A stretch of DNA of 64,000 bases. Origin: Bugula neritina (Eukaryota > Animalia > Bryozoa). Below the pieces are notes generated by a model. That model ran no database searches. It worked only from the letters and a program-made list of their open reading frames with translations, and was not told the DNA's origin. A program made the translations under genes and the position numbers. The stretch lies in the NCBI GenBank assembly GCA_964035545.1, contig OZ037768.1, forward strand, positions 16,103,875 through 16,167,874. Direction: 5' to 3'. This document shows, piece after piece, positions 26,701-62,100 of the stretch (the stretch's first letter is position 1; each line of letters starts with the position of its first letter).

Positions 26701-27637
26701 GGAACCTGGTTTATCTATTATAACTATATTGATTCTTAGTGGTTCATCTCTTCACACTGTCAGCACATCTAGAGTCAATGTTTGCTTCAAAAATGTGTAG
26801 AAAAATGTGAATGTCCAGTGAAGTTGTGAACTTTGATCATTTTATCAGAATTTCATCTGAAAGTTGGCCACAGCCAGCCAGCATTTTGCTGCTAAGTTAT
26901 ACAAACACTGAAAAGTGTTACTCAAATCATGAAAGAAATTTTGCTCTGTGAGTCATTCAAACGATTTTCTTTTTGGGCAAAACTTTCTAAGTTGATGAAA
27001 TCACTACTAACCTAATTTTCATAATTTGTACAGCTACTAGTGCATCTAGTTCAATGGGTAAGGAAACCATATTATCTCTTGTTTGGGAAACCTTATTAGT
27101 AAAAAGTGAATTAAGAGAGTTGATAAAAGTTATAACTCCTACTTGACTATGAATAATGCTTTAAGTTTTTTCTTCACAATAAGAAATAAGCCAATTACAC
27201 ATCTATTTAGATTAGACAACTACCTACCATTCATTCTTCCAATAAAACCAACATGTGTTTTTAAAGTCACCATCCCTGCTTTTAAGGGACTTTTTCTAGT
27301 GTGGCACAGAGGAAATTATGAATGAATTCCCAACTTTGAGCTCGAAACACTGTCCTTGTGTTTTACTAGGCCATTCTTTCTTTCAATACATTTTAGTTTT
27401 AAAAAGTATGCTATTATTTGGAGGAATCAGAGTTATCTTCTCAAAACCAACTAATTTAGATTTAATTTCTAATTGTTTTAGTTTCAAGTTACAAATTACT
27501 TTTATTGTTGACAGGAATAGGAGAGAAACATTGTCCAACTATCCTACTACAGCACAGTGTAACTGGCTCTGCATCTCGGCCACTCTGCCACTAATGTTCT
27601 AAATGCTTCAAGTCAATTGCTACTGTACAGCTGAGAA

Positions 27638-49674
<22,037 letters not shown>

Positions 49675-50730
49675 TTCTAGTCAGCTTCCTGTTGGTGTAG
49701 TATGAACAATATGGCCGCCTTCTATTTTATAGTGGTTACCCAAACATATATTTTATAAAATTATTGAACATTTGCATTTCACCGGTTTAATGCTTACTCT
49801 TCAGCTAAGGTATTGCGCTTTTAGTTATCTTTTTATTGTGTTGCCCAGCTTACTGGTTGAAAACTAATCAACACCAATAATTAGGAAAAACCGAGTTAAA
49901 CTCATTACTTGAAAGTTTGAAGTTGTCTTTCCAACCTATGTGTTCATTATGTTTTCTAACAATACATATGCATAGCAAGTTCTTAGTCTACGTGGTAGTT
50001 GATGCTTGTGTATAAACTGTATTAATGTCGTATACATCATACTTGCATTACTTTTTTGTAGAGTGGTGACAATTGCGCAAGGAAAATACTAGTGTCTTAC
50101 AATAATGCATTTGACATACATCTTCATGCCCAAGGGGATACTTGCTTTTCGTAGTTTTGGTTATTCCCACATATTTGCTGGTTATTAATATTATAATGTT
50201 TTACTTTATCACAAAACATAAACTTGTTTCAGTATAGTTTGATGATATTTTATTGTAGAATATTTACAATGTTAGAGCGCAGCCAGTTTTTGCAACTGAT
50301 CTTTTATATAGAATATGTAACTTTGTTCATTATTGTTCAGATTATTATACCCATGCTAGTTAGATTCTATTGTCAACTAGTTAAGTTTATGCATTCTTTA
50401 TTTTTGTAAATTATTATGTGTCTGCTGCAATTTCGCAATGTATAAAATTCTGCTATTTATACTCATTAATAATTACATTAACCTGTATTTATATAGTTGA
50501 TGCCCAGTTTTTTCTATTGTTATTTATTATTATTCAAACAATCCACAGTTATCATCATTTGTAACTAACATAGTAGCTATTCTGTGTCTGTCACTGCTAG
50601 ACTCACAGAATTTTACTTGGCTATCGCTTTCATATTTTATGGACCTTTGGCTTAGCTTAATAAAATATTATGAACCTAAATTGGATTGTTTTTCCTCATT
50701 CCACTTTTGAGCAAACATCCTGCTATACTT

Positions 50731-50732
<2 letters not shown>

Positions 50733-50813
<81 letters not shown>

Positions 50814-50827
50814 TATATATATATATC
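50733..50827. repeat. (TA)n microsatellite
   Basis: About 95 bp of near-pure TA repeat; produces the YIYIYI ORFs. Confidence 0.97.
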
Positions 50828-53179
50828 TGTGGACAGCAGCTGTTTCGGGATTTGTCCCCTCATCAGCACAGAACAGAGTACCATGGCCCACACCTTTCGC
50901 AATAGTAGAAACTTATAGTTTTACCAAAGCATATTTAAAAGGTGTGTAAACCAAGCCAGAGAGCTCAAGTAACTTTAGGGGTCACCTAGGAGCCATTTAG
51001 TAATTTGAAATTATAACTAAGCCAGGCTGTTTGCTCATTAGCTTATTAGTTAAAAATTTCTCATAGTCTAGAAGTAACCTCCAATTATCTTTTACTCATC
51101 ACATTCGGAGGGGTGGCCACACAATTCTTTTTAGAAATTGAGTGTTTTAAGGTCCTAATTAATCTGTGAAAACTCTGGACTGCTCTGTTCACCCAGTTAG
51201 CCACAAAAGCTCTTCAAACTTTCGAAGGAGTTGTTTTCCCCTAATTTTGTATAAAATGGTCAACTATCTTGAAAATATTAAAGCTAATAACTTTAAATAT
51301 TGTAACAAAATTTACAAAAAAAGTAATGAGAAGCATGATCAGGTTAGTTTGGACTCTAGAGAATATTTTAGATTTGTACAGTGGAGCTTCACCAACTAAT
51401 TTAAATTGAACTATATATATTATAATATAAGCAATGTTTTTAAAACAATGCTGTTGGTTAAAATGCATACTTTTTATACTATTTTAATGATGACTTCAGA
51501 GTCCAAACTTATTTAGCTCAGATATATTTATAAAGAAAATACCCTAAAGCTTTGCTATAATTGAAAACATATAATATTATTACGTTTAAAGCCACCCATT
51601 ATAGAAAAAAGATCTGGTGGTGCCTTATTCAAAGTTCATGAGCAAGTACTTCTTTTATGTGTGTCATGTGTCACAAAGAGAATGATTTTTACTAGAAAAC
51701 TAGGTCAAGCTGTTCTAGAATCTAGACTGATTGAGTAAACCAGAAAAACCAACACCAGGTATCATCCTAAGTCTGAGCAGGTTAATTATGACAAACCTAA
51801 TACATTTAGGCTAAGGGTTACCTATGGACCTATTGCTGTAAAAATACCGCTATCCAATTTTAGGCAACATTTTTGCTATCACATTAGAAAGTATGGAAGA
51901 AGCTTATAGATGATAGCCATAAAAATAAGAGTCCATGCAATGAAAATTTCTCTGCCGAACCCATATAATTATTACTATAACTAATTGATTTATGATAAAA
52001 ATAACTCGCATATCATGATTGCATGCTTCCAATTCCATTAAAATCGCTCTGTACTTGCAGACCCTTTTAGAGTCTGTTTCTAGTAGGCTCATAACACCTA
52101 TAACTTGATATGTTAAACTCAATCTTATATTATGTATAATAATCTTATGAACCTATATGTGCTCCCAGGAATGCTGTTGAAAAAGAATTGACTGCAGACT
52201 GCTATGCTTCACACATTCTCCTGCCTAAAAACCTACTATTATCTTTGATGAAATGGCAAAAATTCAAGAAGGGAAAGCTGTTCCTACATTTGGTTTGCAT
52301 GCTGATGTATTTCTTACAAAAATTATTGTAACGCCCCATTCCTATTCTTCATGCAGGGTAGATTTTTTCTGTGAATTATCTAGGAACCAGCTTTAAGAAT
52401 ATGGAGAGATCAAGGCATGCTATGATATGTGGTCATAGAGTCGCTGTTTTTGGTTCAAATCAAAAATTTCTAGTCAGCTTTTGCAATTTCCTGGCAATCA
52501 GCAAAAAAAAAATTATGGTGCAGTTTTTGTGAAAAACATAGGTTGAACAAGGCTATAGAGGGATATTGGGTAGAGATTATAGGATTTCAGAGTTTATAAA
52601 TTTAGAATCAGCACAAACTTTTAATCCAGAAACAACTCTTTTTGAGTGGCCCCCTAGCAAAGTGTAATAAGAAGACTTTTTGAGCGGCTTCAATTATAGA
52701 ATCTAGTGTTGTGTTTCCCTGATTATGCTTACTCCGCCATCTGTGTGAATTTTTCGTTGGGGGGTCGTGCGGAAATCTGCTCACGATGCCACGGTTGAGT
52801 AAGCCCGCGGACTTTTTTAAATGTTGAAGTAAATAATATACCACGCGGAGCGTTAAGCTAAAAATCCGTTTGGTGCAGCACAAAATTTGGGGTTGACGAG
52901 CAGTAGTTAGAAGATTGATGTTTTGAGTTCAGCCAATGCACTCACTGACCACAAACCCTATTCTGCATATAGCGATTCTCAGTACGCAGCAACACTAGCT
53001 AAAACGAACTATTGTAATAATTATTTTAAAGCCAACAAACACTTCAAGTTCATATTTTACAATAACATTGCATAGTATAAATGGTATAAATATCCTAAGA
53101 CGGTTAATTTTATCGTTGATCATAATATTATTAATAGTTTAATTAGAACAAATCACTCAAGGCCAAGCTAAAGGGCAGG

Positions 53180-53353
53180 GCCTATCAGTATCACTACGTT
53201 TTACATTTAGTTTTACTTTTAGTAGAAGTTTTAGTTTTAGTTTTCTTCTAGTCTACTTGATTTTATAAGTTAAACTTATTGTTTATTATGTTATTGTTGT
53301 TAATATTATATTTGCTTTTATTGTTATAGCTTAGACTAGTTATACTGATAGGC
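53180..53353. mobile_element. Small foldback/MITE-like element
   Basis: gcctatcagtatcacta versus tagttatactgataggc (16 of 17 inverted match) around an AT-rich core. Confidence 0.5.
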
Positions 53354-53600
53354 AATATACTTACACTTAGTCTTACACTTACAGTAACTGTAAGAGTATG
53401 GGTATTATTAATAGTTGGCACTTGCCACTTGTCCTAGGTGTTATTTTTAATTTTAAAAACAAAAATAATTTTGAATTGTAAGAACAAGTTAATTAATAAG
53501 TATAGCTATGAAATTGAATATTAATATTATTAACTATATCATTACAATTAAATACTATTTCTATAAATATGATTATAAAATATAAAATTAAATGCTATAT

Positions 53601-53945
53601 AGTAATGAGATAACGTAGTATAATAATGGGGTCATCCCCTCTTGTATGGGAATACTTATAACTATGTTCTACTATCCAATCAGAGGAACCGGAAGACAAG
53701 GTTCCGGTCAAGTGACTGTTCGCGGGTTAGCCAGCAGACACCATGTGTTGTTGAGAGCAGGGACTCGTAGTAGTAACATGTGTTTATAATTGATTGGTGT
53801 AATATAGTAATTTGATGTGTTGTTATAATTATGATTATCGAGTTAAATAAAGGTTATCGTACGCAAGCCAGACTAGTAATTGCTAGTTAAATTGACACTA
53901 AATACGCAGGCAATCCACGCTTGATAATTGTGCTAAAACACAACA
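53601..53945 (+). mobile_element. Probable solo LTR (Gypsy-like)
   Basis: ATAT on both flanks (53597-53600, 53946-53949). Ends in ...acaaca, with internal ccaatcag and aataaa. The 5' end is AGT rather than canonical TGT. Confidence 0.55.
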
Positions 53946-54268
53946 ATATTCAAATTGATATTCCTATTGACTATTGTAATACTAATACTAATAGTAATTG
54001 AGTTTGATATTCATATTGATATTCATGTTCATTAATATCATATTCATATTGATATTGGTAAACATAATAAATTTAAATATAATAATTGATGCACTTGAAG
54101 TATTTGAAATTTACTGCAATCAATATTATTAACTCAGGACTTGGACTCAGTCTTACTGAAAAAGTGTTCCTGGGTCCAACTCCATGGCATTCGCCCTCGC
54201 TTTGTGTTCGTCCTTATGATTAACTTTAAGTTTAAGTGATTGATGCGACTATTAGTATTACATTTAAT

Positions 54269-54726
54269 GGCTGCAAGTCATTTCGTACACAAGTCGTTTC
54301 GTACCTACGTTTTTAAGTCATTTTGTACACATCTGATAGGTCGTTTCGTACACATCAATATAAATCAACTAAAATACATATTTTTATATTTATTCATTAT
54401 TTGATGTATGAGTCCTACAGTACTGCTCATTAGTAACCTGCACAAATTTCATTTCGCTGCATGCCTATTTATTATTGTGATATGTAGATGTTAGGGGGAA
54501 CTGCTCTTTTGGTTTAGATATTGTTATCAATAGATGACAGCACATAGTTAATGAATATATTTTTTTATTTCAAAAACATGCTGGGAGAGAGAGCTGCGAT
54601 GCTATAAGTAAGTAAACTAGTATCATTCATGTGGTGGTCCATTGCATTAATTTATTATTAATTTTTGTACGAAGTGGACAACAGTTTGTGTACGAAACTA
54701 CTGGTGTACAAAATAACAGTAACCCC
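54269..54726. mobile_element. MITE with (g)tcgtttcgtacac subterminal repeats, copy 1
   Basis: Repeated tcatttcgtacac/tcgtttcgtac at the left end, inverted gtacgaaa...cagtaacccc at the right end. Reverse-complement copy at 56341-56733. Confidence 0.85.
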
Positions 54727-55272
54727 TATTGATATAACAGCTTACACTTGTAGTACTGGTTGTTTAGCCATTGAATTGATTGGCCTTTACTGGCTGTAAC
54801 TTTGCCCCAGGTTTGATGAAATTAAAAATAATTACTATATTCGTAATCAATTTCAAAATTGTTAGTGTTAGTTTTGCACTTGCTGTATTATGAGTGTGTT
54901 GATATAAAGAAAAAATAATAAAAAAGAAAAAATATAGTATATTTATTAAATCTGATAAAGTGATAATGATGATAATCATCACTTAAAGTTTATAAGAATT
55001 AAAATTATATAGAAATATTTAATTTTGGTATGTTTCCAGGTACATTAAATTTAATTGTAAATTGTGTAAAAGCAAACCTTATTACATCCCATGTGTAATA
55101 GATTTTGGGGATTATCTTTTCTTTTTACATACATACATATGCATGAATTTTTATAATTTACTTTGAAGTTATCTTTCTTTTATATGCGCATTTGCATAAA
55201 CCCTGTTTATTTGGGAGTTATCTTTTCTTTTGTGCTTACCCACTTGGAAGCTCTTCTTTGTGTTGTAAATTC

Positions 55273-55435
55273 GAATTTGGACACCTGGATTTTGGAGTGT
55301 CCGTTTTGGACATGTGAACTAAGTTCGGGTCCCATTTGGATGTCTGATTCCAAATCGGGCATCTGATTTGGAATCACATTTTCTGACGCTTGAATTCGGA
55401 TGGAATATTCTAAGATTCGGATAGTGTCCAAATTC
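55273..55435. mobile_element. Small MITE or foldback remnant
   Basis: TIR gaatttggacac / gtgtccaaattc; internal ttgga and ttcgg repeats. Confidence 0.6.
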
Positions 55436-56172
55436 TAGAGTATAAAAAGGCGAGCTCCCCAGCATTAGTTCAGTCTACTGTTGGAGCTCAGAGGGAACAA
55501 GGCTTATGCACACATACTTATACTTTTATTGGAAGCTACTTAATAGACACCTTTTGACCGGAATTGCCTTCTCTCTTCTCTCAACAAAGAGTTATGTTCA
55601 CTAATTGAGTTCCTACACACCCACAAATTATCACACATGCAAGCTATACAGAATATAATCAAGATCTTTTTGCTATATCAAATTAATGCTACTAAATTAA
55701 AGCTCTAATAAAATTAATGCTTATTTGACTTTGTAAGGATTATACCAAGTGTAGAAGTCAAGTTATTGCATTGTGACTGCAGAATAAGCAATTGATGAAA
55801 ATGTAATAAATAGGCATAAATGTGATCTACCAAAATTTACTTTCTCTTTTCATTTGGCCAGAATAAGTGGTTTAACTGGTTGGCATAACCCCAATTGCTG
55901 CCCAAAATGTTTTCCTTGCACATATTGTAATAGTATACCATAATGGTCAAGCAAAATATTGCTAGGTGATCAGCCTTGTTATCAACATAACTGATCCTCA
56001 CTTAGCAAGTACAATTTGAAAATATTGAAACAATATTTTTTTAAGTTTCAAGATAGCTATAATGGTGATTACTATGGTGCAAAATCTTAATTACTGATTT
56101 TGTCAGCTAATAAAGTGGTTTATTTATAATACCCTATATAGTAAATAAAGTTTTGATTTCTTTTCTAAGGCC

Positions 56173-59100
56173 ATGAGTGGGGATAACCTGTATAATTTCA
56201 AAATAAAAAGACGTAATGCTGGGCCCAAGCCTGTGGAAAAGTTTGATGACGAGTAAGTAATATTTCCTCTACTACTTTTATCTATTCTACTTTTGTGTTA
56301 TGTTTGGCGGATTCACTTTCTATTTTACTATAGTACTTAAGGGTTACTGTCGTTTCATGCACAAACTGTTGTCCATTTCGTACAAAAAATGAATAATAAT
56401 TTAATTCACTGGATAACCACTTGAATGATACTAGTTTACTTATTTATTGCATCCCAGCTCTCTCCCTCCCTCTCTCCCTTTCTCCCTCTCTCCCTTTCTC
56501 CCTCCCAGTGTACTTTTGAAACAGAAAAAGTATATTCATATAACAATATCTAAACTAAAAGAGCAGTTCCCCCTAACATCTACATATCACAATAATAAAT
56601 AGGCATGCGGCGAACTGAAATGTGCAAGTAACTTGTGAGCAGTACTGTATGACTCATACATAAAATAATAAATAAATATAAAAACTATGTATTTTAGTTA
56701 ATTTATATTGGTATGTGCGAAATGACCTGCACCGGTGCTTAATAGTCTAAAAATAGTACAGATTTTAACCTTTTGAAATGAGATACACACTATACCAATA
56801 TTTTCATCTGGTAATTATAATATAAGCCAAAAAAGCATTCAATAATAGCCAACCTTGCTCATAGGTACATTCCATATGCCTGTATATTTTTTAGAAATCA
56901 ACACTTCAGTGTGATAGGAGTTTCTCAGTACTTTTTCTTGTGCATATTTGAAACCAAGACAAGATAACAATTTTTCTTGGATTTTGAACTAATATTAATT
57001 TTTGGATTTTAGTTGCTAGACTTTGTAGTAAATGAAGTGAAAAGTCCAATTAGCATTTATGTACAATTGACTATAAAAATTTCATGTTAATAAATTCAAC
57101 CATCAACCATTGTAAAGCATTGCTTTTCCAAATGCTTCATGTGGTTTTGATTTTTTTCTTGCTTTTATTTTAGTGGAGTTAGCAGTTTGCGCCGAGCTTA
57201 TAATGGTGAAGTCCAGAGTTATCTCCAGAAACTTGACGAATTGAATGAATCTCGAAGTAGATTGGAAGAAATGCTATGTCAGTTGAGAACTGAAGAGGGT
57301 TCTGTGGTGGAGAATGCAGACAAAGAAAGTCCTTCGGTGCAAGATGGCAGGCGGAGGGAAACGCATTCAGTTCAGTCATGGCTCAGCAGTCAACAGGAAA
57401 TTGAATTGTCAGAGAACCAACGCAGCTTTGATGTTGAGTCACTGGAACCAGATAACATATGCCTCAGGTATGTACAAAATGCAATTGGTTTGTCTGGCTC
57501 TGTCTCTAAGATGTAGATATGAAATGATTAACTAGTTACATGTATTTATACACGGTAACATTTGCTATGAGAATGTAGCTTTGGAATTTGTACATAAAGG
57601 TAACCCAGGAGCTTTGCTAATGCAATTGCTATAGAATTCATCTATATTAATGTCCTAATTACTGTAATACAGTATCAGACACAAATAATTGATTTTTGAC
57701 ACCTGCCAAAAATTAACTCATTTAAATATTATGTCAATATAGCATTGTATCATTTACCTGTGCTTCAATTTGTGTACATTGGTCATTTTGAGATTTGCCC
57801 CCCCCATCAGTATAAACCCACTGTTTTTACCATTAGTGTATTTGGAAGTGTGGTAATCAAAGTAAGTGTTCACAAACAACTCTGAGAGTTTCAAGCCTAT
57901 CGTAATGCAAATGGTTTGAATGAGAGCTGTTGCCCAACCACCAAAATGCACTAGATACATAGAAGATGCATTGTATAAGTAGCCTACACTAAAATGCACT
58001 AGATACATAAAAGATGCATTGTATAAGTAGCCTACACTAAAATCAATGGTTGTATTACTGTTGTCTAGTGACTCAGACTCCATAGTACCACCTTCCTGGA
58101 AGAGTGGAGAAAAGGAGGAGGAGGAGGAGGGTAGTTTTACATTCAGAGAACCTCCACCAAAAGCTTCCCGTAGCAGTTCAAGAAGTCGGGTGCCTTCGAA
58201 CCCACCTCGCCATGATACTAGTAAATTTGTTTTATAGTAAATAAGTCTAATTTTAATCAAAAGTTTGAATTTTTTCTTTAAATTTGATAAACTGCAGCAG
58301 TTGTCTTTTACTGTAGTGATTCATCACTTTGTAGAGAGAAATGTATTGTAGTTCTTTGATGTTGTACGTTCTTGTTCAAGGTGACGTGCCCGAAGAAGAT
58401 CTATTTGAAATTTCTGCGCATCTGTCAAATAAGCAAACTAAATCAAAATCTGTGGCTATCGAAAGCAATACAGTGAGTGTTTTTAAATGTAGCTTATAAG
58501 ATATAATGTATTATTAGTTTCTCTTAGTCACAACCAGCTAAATTTTTGTTGGAGTAATGCAGTTGTTGTGAACGCAAAGTGTGTTAATGATTGATGAAAC
58601 GTTGTGCATTTCTCTTTAGCTGTGTTTATACCTTTACTGAAAAAAGTTCCAAGTTTTAGTTAATATCACTTGTCCGAGTACCCCTTTGTAGTTTTACTGA
58701 AAATTGTTAAAATCATATTGATACGGAAGCTCACTCTCTAGTCATAAAATATAGCCTAATCGATATTTGATGCCTTTTGAAAACGTAATGAAGCACATGA
58801 ATTAGTTGAGTTGACTGCGCAAAATCGATAATTTAAAAAAGCAACTGATATAATTATAAACTTGAATACAGATATCTACAAGGAGTTATCATTCCTTTTG
58901 ATTACTATTCTGAAATCGGCCGATTAAGTTATTTCAAATCAAACATTTTGGCAAGTGCTTTTTACCATGCAATGCAACTCAGTAAAATTTCAGCTTCGGC
59001 CAAATTGAATTTGACTGAAAATCGTAAAGGTATAAATGTAACTTTATTTAAGCATTGTGCTCATCGTGTTAGTACATCTTCTAAGGACAGTCTATAATTT

Positions 59101-62100
59101 GATGATTCTCAGTCCAACATTTGATTTGGCCCAGTTGAATGTATTAAACTGAGTTATATTGAATCTTAAAGCAGCTGGTAAAGATAACTGTTTTGTGATG
59201 ACTTTCTCAACATGATTTCAGAGTATTAGTCAAAGGAATGATTCTTTGATAGTTTATACTATTTCACTATCCTGTTCTATCACTATGACTTGTTTGACTT
59301 TGCAGATCCGTAATGTTTTGGCAAGACATCAAGTGGCTATTGTGCTAATCGTTTATTTTCATTAAAAAGTGATCTTCCACATTAATATAGTAATATATTT
59401 CAAAAGGTTCAGTAATTTATCTATAAATGGCTGCCTCAAATGAAACTAAGTACATGGTTCAGCTAATGTGTAGACACACTTTTAACCTGGTTACCACCAG
59501 CGCACTTCTAATAAGAACTATTGCTTTTTGGGATTTCATTTACCTGCTCTGCTGATGGAGTCAATTTTCAAGTGTTGTTGAAAGTGGTGCCTAGTATGCT
59601 ATTCTGTCATATTGTTTGATGTTGAAGGTGTTGAATGACAAAACTGGATCATTCAATCAGGTATTGCGTGACCTGCCTGAAGATGTTCTGTTAACATTCT
59701 CTAAGAAATCTGCTAAAATACAATCTTCTACCATTAAAGGCAATAAGGTGAGTGTTACCTAGCAATTCATCTTATATGTACAGTAGTGATGCCTGCTAGT
59801 GCCTCTCCCAGCTAGATTTATAATGTGGGTCATTTTACTGAATTTACTACACACTCTATATCTCGAGTTTTTAGCTATTTTTCACAGTTTATAGCTGCTA
59901 ATGTATATGATTTCTTGCCCTAAACTAATAAAATAGTAACAAATACAGCTGAATAATTGAAGTTTCTTTTGCAAATTTAGTTGATTTTCTATATTTTTTC
60001 CCAATTCTATAGTAAATTGGTATGTGCGACGTGATGGTTTTTTTTATCACGGTCGCATATATATATTTAGCCCATATGACAATGTTGGGGAATCCTCTCC
60101 CAGCCTTCTATTTTGTTATATGCATTATTAGTATCAGCATATAAAAATACCACATATAGTAAATTTCAATGAATTTTGCGCAAACTTTAATGTTTGGTTA
60201 TAATTTGCTGATGTGTACTAAATAAAGTAAAATGACTTATATTAAGGTAGGAATATCTGCAGTTATTGTGATGTGTATTGAAAGTAAAAGCATTACTTTT
60301 TTGTGGATCTGGTTGGTATAGGATGATGGTTTTAGCTTAGGCGACTTTAAAGTGTTATTAAAATTGTAGTCTAATATGCTAACTCTGCATGCTGTTTGTT
60401 GATAAAGGTGTTGAATGTTTTGGTATAAATCTCTAACATTCACATTTGTTTCTAGGATTCTGTGGCTTCCACCTCCTCTGTATGGACCAGTGAGGAAAAG
60501 ATGCTCTTTAAGAAAGCAATGGCCGATGCAATGGCATTAGGATTTAAATATGATTTAGGTTGGAAAAATAAGGCAGCATCTTCTCTGTTGTTTAGATTTT
60601 AGGATAGCTAAATGTTTTTCTTTCGTCCAGGAAATCACCATTCTCTTTTCGCATTTTTAGCAAGTTTTGACATATGTAAATGACACATTGGTTGGTTTGG
60701 AACTGTAGTATTATAAGGAATCTTACCTATACATGTTGTGTTTTGTAGATTTCTGGTTAGCCATTGCCAAAGTCGTTAAGACTAAGACATGGCAGCAATG
60801 TGCTGAAAGATGTCGTCAAAAACAGAAATCAGAGAGGTTAGAACGAGCTAGCCGCCGCAGCAGTAAGTTCACAAAATCTCTTTATCTTTTGGATCACAAA
60901 TGATGAGTTTTTCACATATAAAGAATTGATGTTTATGAATGACCACATACTGCTGAATATGTTATGGGACTGAATTTACTGTTCCTTTTCTTAGTACTTG
61001 TCCATCTAGTTGACTTTAAGAGTTCTTGGTGTAAATCTAGCGCATCGATTACTAAAGCTGAGGTTATATTTTTCAGTACTTATTCAGGCTATATATTTTA
61101 ATTTATAAGTAAGTTTTAAAATTGTGATTATGTTCATGACAATTTTCCCATGATTACAAGAAGTTATTTTATGTAGTTACATTATTTTCTTGGTGCGCCC
61201 TCAGCCAACATTTATGGACTACGTTGAATTATTAGAATTCTGCATGTTTATCATTATTTCAATGCATTCACTACTACTTATTCAGTTTCAAAGCCTGTAC
61301 AGAAGCCGAACCAGGTTTTTATAGCATCCCCAGTGAAATACTTAACTGCTAAGAAAATGTTTGTTTAATATTTTTCAATGGTTTATCACAAGGTTATGGT
61401 ATAGAGTATACAGCACTGTGCTGCTATGCCTTGAAGATTTGGGGTTATGAAATATAAACATACAATAGTATCAATTTGTGTAACCAATGCATTCTGATTA
61501 TAGTTTGTAAGTAAAATGTTTTGTATATTTAATAATACAAATGAAGCAGTCTTGAACTTTTTACTTCCAACAGATTTAAGCAGTTAGGTGAACATTGTTC
61601 CTGTTGTGGTCTAAGCACAGTGTAGCCCATATAGGTAGTTAATATCTATGTTAAGGCATATCTGTACATGTTACATGCAGTTAGATTGAGTTAGTTAGAT
61701 TATATAGGAATCAGCCTTCCTAAAATGATGTGAGTATATGGTTTATATTACTGTTACTGTAGAAGTTACGAACTCCGAGTTAACCAAAACACCTGCACGT
61801 ATGACACCAACAAAGAAACCCAACAAGTCACGCTCTGAGAATAGACCCTCACTTGCTCAAGACATTCACTTTCAGTTCCCTGATCGGTCTAAATCAGTTT
61901 CAAAACCCTCCAAAAAAGAAAGATCACTTGCTGTCACAGCTGAGACGCAGTGTCATAGTGCGCCACAAACCAGGACTAGTCGCCGTCTCAAAGTTGAACC
62001 GTCACCCAGTGAGGAAGCACCCAGATATAGACATTTCCCAGATAATTCAGAAAAGAAAGGTGCACGCTGTTATGTTGCATCACCAGTGAAGTCACGTAAA

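Noticed and set aside
50670-50918. YIYIYI ORFs on both strands
   Set aside because: (TA)n microsatellite.
57754-58260. 168-aa minus-strand ORF
   Set aside because: Antisense shadow of a + exon plus a 48-bp tandem duplication.
61286-61314. 29-nt exon candidate in the KNL2-like gene
   Set aside because: Would shift the frame; the flanking exons join in phase without it.
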